From assembly GCA_963714585.1 (NCBI GenBank), contig CAVQPC010000044.1:20250-84249 (forward strand): a DNA stretch of 64,000 nucleotides. Reading direction: 5' to 3'. The notes beneath the pieces are model-generated. The model was not told where the DNA came from. It was given only the letters and a program-made list of their open reading frames with translations, and did no database searches. Positions 58,439-64,000 of the stretch are shown in pieces (position 1 is the stretch's first letter; the number at the start of each line of letters is the position of its first letter). This DNA comes from an uncultured Methylomirabilota bacterium (GTDB lineage: Bacteria > Methylomirabilota > Methylomirabilia > Methylomirabilales > 2-02-FULL-66-22). Position numbers and translations under genes: made by a program.

Positions 58439-59443
58439 GTGAATCCGCTTGAGCGACTCCTGCGTATCCTGAATCGGCAGCCGGTGGATCGTGCCGCCGT
58501 GGTGGGCGTGACCAGTGTAGTGACCATCGACCTCATGCGCCAGGTGGGGACGCGGTGGCCGGACGCACACCACGACCCCGAGCAGATGGCCCGTGCCGGC
58601 GCGGCGGCGCACGTCGTCTGCGGCTTGGAGTCAGTGAAGGTGCCGTTCGACCTGGCAGTGGAGGCGGAGGCCCTGGGGGCAGATGTCGATTTCGGGGGCG
58701 AGACGACCTTGCCCAAGCTCCGGACGCCGCCCTTCGGCGCGCCGGAGGAGTTCACGTTCGGAGACGATCTCTTGGCCCGCCGGCGTTTCCCGGTGGTCCT
58801 GGAGGCCATCCGGATCGCCCGGGGACAGTTCGGCGAGCGCGTGCCGGTGGTCGCCTCGATGCTCGGCCCCTTCACGCTCGCCGGCTGTCTCTTTGGCGTC
58901 GAGACCCTGTTGGTGTGGATGCTCGAGGAGCCGGAAAAGGTGCGGGCGGTGGTGGCGACCGCCACACGCCTCGTTGCGCGGTACATTGAGGCGCAGTTCG
59001 CGGCCGGGGCCCACGTCGTCCAGGTGGCGGACCCCACGGCCTCCGGAGACCTCATCTCCCCGGCCCAATACTTGGAGCACGTCGCCCCCTCCCACCGCCA
59101 ACTGACGGGCGGCATCGCCCGCCCGCTCATCACCCACATCTGCGGCAACCTGACTCGGCACTTGCCACACCTGGCGGCAGCCGGATTTCGCGGCGTCAGC
59201 TTCGATGCGAAGACCGACATCGGGGCGGCCCGCACGCATCTCAAGGGCAAGGCGGCCCTGATCGGGTATTTGTCGACCTCGCTCCTCCGCGACGGCTCAC
59301 CCGAAGACGTGGGCGCGGCGGCCAGGCACTGCCTCGCCGAAGGCGTGGATGCCCTCAATGCCGGATGCGCCGTCGCACCGGACACGCCCGTGGAGAACAT
59401 CCAGGCCATGATCGAGGCCGGGCAGGCACCCCGGAAGGAATAG
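58439..59443 (+). CDS. Uroporphyrinogen-decarboxylase-family protein (MtaA/CmuA-like methyltransferase fold)
   Basis: (GTG 58439) VNPLERLLRILNRQPVDRAAVVGVTSVVTIDLMRQVG..WPDAHHDPEQMARAG...VPFDLAVEAEALGADVDFG...LGPFTLAGCLFGVETLLVWM...VADPTASGDLISP...ITHICGN.... The start is uncertain. The listed ORF begins at 58154. Confidence 0.7.
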   Translation: MNPLERLLRILNRQPVDRAAVVGVTSVVTIDLMRQVGTRWPDAHHDPEQMARAGAAAHVVCGLESVKVPFDLAVEAEALGADVDFGGETTLPKLRTPPFGAPEEFTFGDDLLARRRFPVVLEAIRIARGQFGERVPVVASMLGPFTLAGCLFGVETLLVWMLEEPEKVRAVVATATRLVARYIEAQFAAGAHVVQVADPTASGDLISPAQYLEHVAPSHRQLTGGIARPLITHICGNLTRHLPHLAAAGFRGVSFDAKTDIGAARTHLKGKAALIGYLSTSLLRDGSPEDVGAAARHCLAEGVDALNAGCAVAPDTPVENIQAMIEAGQAPRKE

Positions 59444-59506
59444 GCGGCGGGGCGAGGAACGCGATGCCCACGACGCCGGAGGGCGTCGTCGTGGGGGCCG
59501 GCACGA

Positions 59507-60160
59507 TTACCAGCGGCCGTACTTCTTGAAGACCTCCTCCATGCTCTTGCCTGCCCGCAGTTCCTCTTTCATGCTCCGCTCGGCCTGATAGCAGCCCTCG
59601 GCGGCCACCAGCACCTCCTCCACCAGCGGCCGCGGCACCACAACCACCCCGTCGATGTCGCCGAGGACCAGGTCGCCGGGCCGGATCTCGACGCCCTGGA
59701 AGAGGATTGGGTGTCCGGCGTGCACCGGCCGCCACCGCCCCACGGAGGAGACCGGCCAGAAGCCGATGTGGAAGATCTGGAAGCCTGCCTGCACGATCAT
59801 CTCCGCGTCCCGGATCGTCCCGTCCACGACCACGCCGCGGCAGCCGTTGTTTCGCGCCACCAGCGCCATGAACTCGCCCCACGCCGCGCAGACCTTCTCG
59901 CTGCCCGGGTCGAACACCACCATCGAGTCCGCGGGAATCCCGGCCAGGAACTTCAGGATCTCGGGGCGGCAGTCGTAGCCCACGTCCGCGCACGCCTCGC
60001 CGAGGGCCGGATAGGCGAATCCTGCCGCCCGCTTGCCCGACAAGAGCGGACGGAACTCCTTGCCGAGGCACTGGCGTCGGAATCCCTTCTCGTCCAGGAT
60101 GTCGGCGACGGCCCCCGTGTACAACTGCTCATACCGCTCGCAGATCTCTCGCGAATGCAT
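59507..60160 (-). CDS. RraA-family protein (RNase E regulator / HMG-CHA aldolase-like)
   Basis: ...YTGAVADILDEKG...VVFDPGSEKVCAAWGEFMALVARNNGCRGVVVDGTIRDAEMIVQAGFQIFHIGFWP...GDLVLGDIDGVVVVP is a typical RraA pattern. Confidence 0.85.
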   Translation of the reverse strand: MHSREICERYEQLYTGAVADILDEKGFRRQCLGKEFRPLLSGKRAAGFAYPALGEACADVGYDCRPEILKFLAGIPADSMVVFDPGSEKVCAAWGEFMALVARNNGCRGVVVDGTIRDAEMIVQAGFQIFHIGFWPVSSVGRWRPVHAGHPILFQGVEIRPGDLVLGDIDGVVVVPRPLVEEVLVAAEGCYQAERSMKEELRAGKSMEEVFKKYGRW

Positions 60161-60602
60161 ATGGCGACCTCCCGTGACATCGGAGTTGAGAGCCGCTCTC
60201 GCATATCACAGCTCGCCCCCCGGTGACAATGACTTTCTCCAGCGGCCGCCGTTCCCTGCGCGGGGGAGCGTGTTGGGGGAGGAGCTGAGGCAGACAGAAT
60301 CAAACAGCGGCTCTCCATGCCATGCAGGACACCGGCTGGTATGTGACGGCTCCCAGAGGACCCTTATTCGTGAACGATGACAGCGCACCCTCGTTCGGCG
60401 TTAGAACCGCATTTTCCGATGTTAGGATCGCCGGCAATGGGCCTGGGTACCGCAGGACAGGCCGACCAGGCCCGGGGTGGATCAGTGGGCGTCCAGAAGC
60501 GGGCGCGCCAGTGACACGAGTCCCCGGGGGAGCCAGCGCAGTGAGCGAGCGGATGAGGGGATCGGGATGGGGTTAACCGCGACCTCGCCGTGCTCCGGGC
60601 AT

Positions 60603-61244
60603 ATGCTCCGGCTGGCCGTCCGGAAGTGGCGCTGGCTGCGCCGGGAGCCCTGCATCGAGATGCTCCCGGAGACCGGGCCGCGGGAACAGGAATTGATGGA
60701 GACGGAGGAGGCAAAGCTCCGGCCGGTCTGCTCGGGCGCCTTGTGGACCATCATCCAGGCCGCGATCTTCACCGGCAGGCGCGAAGGGGAACTCCTCGCT
60801 CTGACATGGCCCCAGGGGGACCTCGCCGGCCGCGTGATCGACTTCCCGCCGACCAAGCGCGGGCGCAAGCGGCCCATGCCGATCGCGGAGCCCCTGCGCC
60901 TGTACTACGTCCTGGCCCGGCTCAAGGCTGGGCAAGGCCATTCGAATGGACATGCTCCCGCGGATCGTGTATTCTTGCGCCCCGATGGCCGGCCGTGGTC
61001 CAAGTGGACGCTCGAGGCGCATTTCAAGAAGGCCCTCACCGCGGCCGAGATCACCACGCCTCTCCGGCTCCATGATCTTCGCCACACCTGCGCCTCGCGG
61101 CTGCAGCGGGTGGGGGTGCACGAGATGGAGATCCAGCAACTGCTTGGGCACAAGACCCTGCGGACCACCCGGGGATACATCAACATCAGGTCGGAGGAGT
61201 TCCGGCGGGCCGTGAATTTCCTCCGGAGCACAAGAACAGCATAA
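60603..61244 (+). pseudogene. Tyrosine recombinase/integrase, catalytic domain only (N-terminal core-binding domain missing)
   Basis: ...TEEAKLRPVCSGALWTIIQAAIFTGRREGELLALTWPQGDL...VFLRPDGRPW...LRLHDLRHTCASRLQRVGVHEMEIQQLLGHKTLRTTRGYINI has the R...HxxR...Y catalytic residues in the usual order. It ends 52 nt upstream of tRNA-Sec. Confidence 0.75.
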
Positions 61245-61295
61245 GCGATGGATGTCGAAATCAGCCTCTCTGGTAACTGAGCGTAAACACGACTT

Positions 61296-61390
61296 GGAGG
61301 CGGAGTGGGCCTGGTGGCCCTCCTGGTCTTCAAAACCAGCGTGGCGCCTAACCCGCGCTAGGTGGGTTCGATTCCCACACGCCTCCGCCA
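61296..61390 (+). tRNA. selC: tRNA-Sec (anticodon UCA)
   Basis: The 95-nt gene is GGAGGCGG AG TGGGCC-TGGT-GGCCC.. CTGGT-CTTCAAA-ACCAG [long variable arm TGGCGC-CTAACCC-GCGCTA] GTGGG-TTCGATT-CCCAC ACGCCTCC G CCA. It has a UCA anticodon, an extended D-stem with a 4-nt loop, a long extra arm and a 7(+1)/5 acceptor/T stack. Confidence 0.85.
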
Positions 61391-61600
61391 ACTATTCAAA
61401 TCAGCATTTTATCCGGTATAATCAAGGCAATTAGCAGCCATACCGATTACCTCTTCCCAAATGCATCTTGCCAGCCGAGGACAGCAAATGACAGGTGATG
61501 ACGCCTGATGTTGACCAAAATATGAACCAAATTTCTTGGCGGGCGGCGAGGGGCGCCGGGAGCATTCACGGAGGAAGGCCAAGGGCGGGGAGGCGAGTCC

Positions 61601-61830
61601 TTGAATCGGCTCAAAGCGGCGTACTGGGATATGAGGGCGACGGCACCCTGGGCCATGGACCCCTTCCGCATGGAGGACCGGCCAAAGAACGCCCGCTTGC
61701 TCACCACAGCCGAGCTCCGTCCCGGGGTGAGTGTCCTCGAGCCGGGGTGCGGGACCTGCCGCCCGACCGCAATCCGCTCGAACGGGGTCGGTTCTGCCGT
61801 TCGGGTCATTGCCCTGGACATCAGTGGCGC
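61601..61830 (+). pseudogene. Class I SAM-dependent methyltransferase N-terminal remnant
   Basis: LNRLKAAYWDMRA...LLTTAELRPGVSVLEPGCGTCRPT...VRVIALDISGAE resembles motif I (VLEPGCGTG). The sequence then degenerates into A/T-rich non-coding-looking DNA. Confidence 0.35.
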
Positions 61831-62037
61831 AGAGTCATTACTTTTCGGGTGGTATCACTTGGCCGTATCAGTCTCAAGGAGGCTGTGGGCCGAGGAGGGG
61901 GCCAAACGGATGTTTCCGGTTGACGCGGTCGCACGTCAATTACATCCTAAGTATTTAGTATTTATATATAGTGAGTGAATAAATCTTGACAAGTAACTTT
62001 CCCACGACGATCCCTGGCCCAGGACGAGGGCCAAATC

Positions 62038-62541
62038 GTGCCAAGACCAAAGATCGCCGCCGAACCCGATCAGTCATCCGTTCCTGTGGCCCGCGAGGCC
62101 ATCCTCCACGCCCTCGCGAAGCGCGGGTTCCAGGTCCGCAAGGAGGCTGTGCCGCTCCCGGCAGAAGGCCTGCGGCGCGGCCCCGTGCTGGATTTCCTCC
62201 TGGTGCGCCAGCGGCGCCAGTTCGGCGTAGAAATCAAGGCCGCGCGCGAGCTCGCGGATTGGCTCTTCCAGTGGCTGGCCCGGCCGATCCTCGTGTTCCA
62301 GGCGGCGCACCGCCTCGAGGGCTGGGAGCCGCTCCTGGCCTTGCATGTGGAGGGTCTCGATCCGCGAGGGGTGCGCCGGTTCAAGGCGCAGGTGGCGCTG
62401 TACGCACCCGGGCTCTGGTGGTTCATCCTGGACAGCCGGGGCAATCTCGCGGCCCATCTCCCCGGGGGGGACGAGGAGGCGATCGAGGACCGCGCTGAAC
62501 GCGCGGTCTGGCTGTCCCATGAGTGGGAGATCGCCGTCTGA
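62038..62541 (+). CDS. Hypothetical protein with PD-(D/E)xK-nuclease-like motif
   Basis: 167 aa: ...AILHALAKRGFQVRKEAVPLP......VLDFLLVRQRRQFGVEIKAA... has D-x12-E-x-K spacing, as in restriction-endonuclease-fold proteins. The assignment is an inference from the motif only. Confidence 0.45.
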   Translation: MPRPKIAAEPDQSSVPVAREAILHALAKRGFQVRKEAVPLPAEGLRRGPVLDFLLVRQRRQFGVEIKAARELADWLFQWLARPILVFQAAHRLEGWEPLLALHVEGLDPRGVRRFKAQVALYAPGLWWFILDSRGNLAAHLPGGDEEAIEDRAERAVWLSHEWEIAV

Positions 62542-63292
62542 CTTGTCTCGGCCCGGCTACGCCTCCGCCCGCCTTTCGTTCGGCGATCTGGATCAGCGGC
62601 TCCTCAAGGTCCTGCTCTTCAGTCGGTCGCAGGGGAACGAGTGGGGCGGGCCCCGAGGTGCCATCCGGAATCTGGCCCAGCTCGCCAGGCTTGCTGCGGT
62701 TGCCCCACCCTTAGTGTATCGCTGGGCGGCCGCGATGGAACGCAGCGGGTATTTAGCCAAGGCCATGGGCCGAATCCCCGTGCTGCAGGAGGGGGAGCGC
62801 CTCCTGACCGAGTGGCGCGGCCGGTACCGCATCAGCGACAACGAGACCCTCGCCTGCGTCCCGGTCTTCGGCGAGCAGATCGACGCGAAGTTCCTTGCGG
62901 AGTTCCTGGACCGCCTTCGCCGCCTCCCGCCGGACGCGCCCGCGTTTGCCCTCACGGGCCACCAGGCCTGCCGCCTCTTCCGTCTGAAGCACTCCGATGC
63001 CCGCTCGATCCATCTGTACGTGTCCGGCGACCTTGCGAACCTGATGGAGCGGCTCCAACTGGTCCCGAGCGGACGCGCACAGGCGTCGGTCGTCCTCCTC
63101 CGACCCAAGCACCCCCGAAGCGTGTTCGGGGGCGTGGTGCGTCTGGATGGCGTCCCTGCGTGCGACCTCTGTCAGGTGCACCTCGACCTTTACCACCTTC
63201 TGGATCGCGGCCGCGAGCAGGCCGACTTCCTGTACGAGCGGGCGCTCGGGACCGTGCTCCGGGCCGCCTCGGAGCTTCCCGATGCCCGTTGA
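62519..63292 (+). CDS. Hypothetical protein with N-terminal wHTH-like segment
   Basis: The internal ATG at 62519 gives ...RNLAQLARLAAVAPPLVYRWAAAMERSGYLAK...TEWRGRY...ALTGHQACRLFRLKHSDARSIHLYV.... The layout is reminiscent of AbiEi-like antitoxins, with low certainty. Confidence 0.45.
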   Translation: MSGRSPSDLSRPGYASARLSFGDLDQRLLKVLLFSRSQGNEWGGPRGAIRNLAQLARLAAVAPPLVYRWAAAMERSGYLAKAMGRIPVLQEGERLLTEWRGRYRISDNETLACVPVFGEQIDAKFLAEFLDRLRRLPPDAPAFALTGHQACRLFRLKHSDARSIHLYVSGDLANLMERLQLVPSGRAQASVVLLRPKHPRSVFGGVVRLDGVPACDLCQVHLDLYHLLDRGREQADFLYERALGTVLRAASELPDAR

Positions 63293-63605
63293 GTCGCCGG
63301 ATGCGTTCCTGGCCCATGTCCTTCAGGTCTTGCGACCGTACCTGGACCGGCTGGTCCTGGTCGGGGGCTTCGCCGCCCGCCTGTATGCGCTGCATCCGCA
63401 GGCGGTGTTATTGCTCTCCCAGTCTGTGGAGGACAAGGGAGGAAACCCCCTCGCGGACTTGGTGGTCAAGCTCCGTGAGGGGGGGTTTTGTTTGTTTCCC
63501 ATACAAAGCGTGATCAAGATCGGAAGGCAGACCCTCGGAAAGCTCGCTTACTGTGACCTGGTGCAGAGAACGAGCCGTTCGCCGCCTCGGGCCCAGCCAG
63601 CTTGA
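63282..63605 (+). CDS. Hypothetical protein, possibly a truncated nucleotidyltransferase-like partner
   Basis: The ATG overlaps the stop of the previous ORF. MPVESPDAFLAHVLQVLRPYLDRLVLVGGFAARLYALHP... (LVGG.A..LY is seen at the N-termini of AbiEii/NTase-like proteins). The sequence becomes A/T-richer and uninformative after about 40 aa. Confidence 0.3.
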   Translation: MPVESPDAFLAHVLQVLRPYLDRLVLVGGFAARLYALHPQAVLLLSQSVEDKGGNPLADLVVKLREGGFCLFPIQSVIKIGRQTLGKLAYCDLVQRTSRSPPRAQPA

Positions 63606-63713
63606 AGACCAGAGAGGCCGGAACTCCTCCGTGATTGGGAGATTCCTGGACACGCCAAAGCACTTTCTGTTACAAGGTTCCGCCCACTGAGAGGCACATA
63701 CGCGAGGAGAGGA

Positions 63714-64000
63714 ATGCGCTCCCGTATCTTCTACGGCTGGATCGTCGTGGCCGCGGCCTTCAGCGCCTATGCCATCTCGATCGGGCCGCGCCAGTCCTTC
63801 TCGATTTTCCTGCTGGCCTTTCTCGGGGAGTTCGGGGGCAGCCGCAGCCGGATCGCGGCCGTCTTCTCGTTCCATATCATCATCTACGGCCTCGGCGGCT
63901 GGGGCCTGGGCATCCTGCTCGATCGGGTCGGCCCGCGCCGGATCATCATCTGGAGCACCGCCCTCTGGGCGCTCACGCTCCTCGCCTGCAGCAGGATCAC
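63714..64000 (+). CDS. MFS transporter (oxalate/formate-antiporter-like), 3' end cut by window edge
   Basis: The frame is open to the window end. It is not in the ORF track because no stop is reached. MRSRIFYGWIVVAAAFSAYAISIGPRQSFSIFLLAFLGEFGGSRSRIAAVFSFHIIIYGLGGWGLGILLDRVGPRRIIIWSTALWALTLL is a typical MFS N-terminus (G.L.DR.GPR). Confidence 0.7.
   Translation, partial: MRSRIFYGWIVVAAAFSAYAISIGPRQSFSIFLLAFLGEFGGSRSRIAAVFSFHIIIYGLGGWGLGILLDRVGPRRIIIWSTALWALTLLACSRI

Noticed and set aside
62559-62569. An 11-nt match (ACGCCTCCGCC) to the selC 3' end, as a possible att duplication bounding an island.
   Set aside because: It is too short and too GC-rich to be significant in this genome. It also lies inside a coherent coding region. 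A real attR would normally include the T-loop portion as well.

Overview
High-GC bacterial chromosomal segment, annotated by eye from the six-frame translations and the raw sequence (no searches run). Housekeeping genes are interleaved with accessory and mobile DNA.

Core genes:
- livF-like ABC ATPase, EamA transporter, mtnA, Slt-type lytic transglycosylase, thiD, DUF89, coaBC, family-4 UDG, priA.
- Two paralogous DAHP synthases, an SDR, a split CN-hydrolase + nadE pair, ald, an RlmI-like methyltransferase, a REC-PilZ regulator.
- An HMGL-like enzyme with a TRAP transporter, GT2, AKR, UbiA-family, URO-D-family and RraA-family genes, and tRNA-Sec.

Accessory and mobile content:
- An IS200/IS605 tnpA element and three copies of a ~200-270 bp inverted-repeat element with 9-bp flanking duplications.
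- A decayed IS3-like element, a truncated tyrosine integrase beside selC, several toxin-antitoxin pairs, and many gene fragments.

Most notable observations:
1. An unlisted 28-codon leader ORF rich in Phe/Tyr/Trp codons, with terminator/antiterminator structures, lies upstream of one DAHP synthase.
2. The inverted-repeat element family shows arm-to-arm compensatory substitutions.
3. An ~11-kb block of exported proteins is built around four paralogs of an uncharacterised ~420-aa protein. It also encodes a Pro/Gln-rich protein, a PH-like membrane protein, a zinc-ribbon protein, a PD40 beta-propeller and an ATPase-less Lon(S16)-PDZ protease.

At least eight otherwise well-conserved genes carry single-base frame disruptions, several at short G/C runs. 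This looks more like assembly indel error than biology.

The many long Arg/Pro/Gly-rich ORFs antisense to conserved genes are treated as high-GC shadow ORFs. Taxonomic origin cannot be assigned from this window alone.
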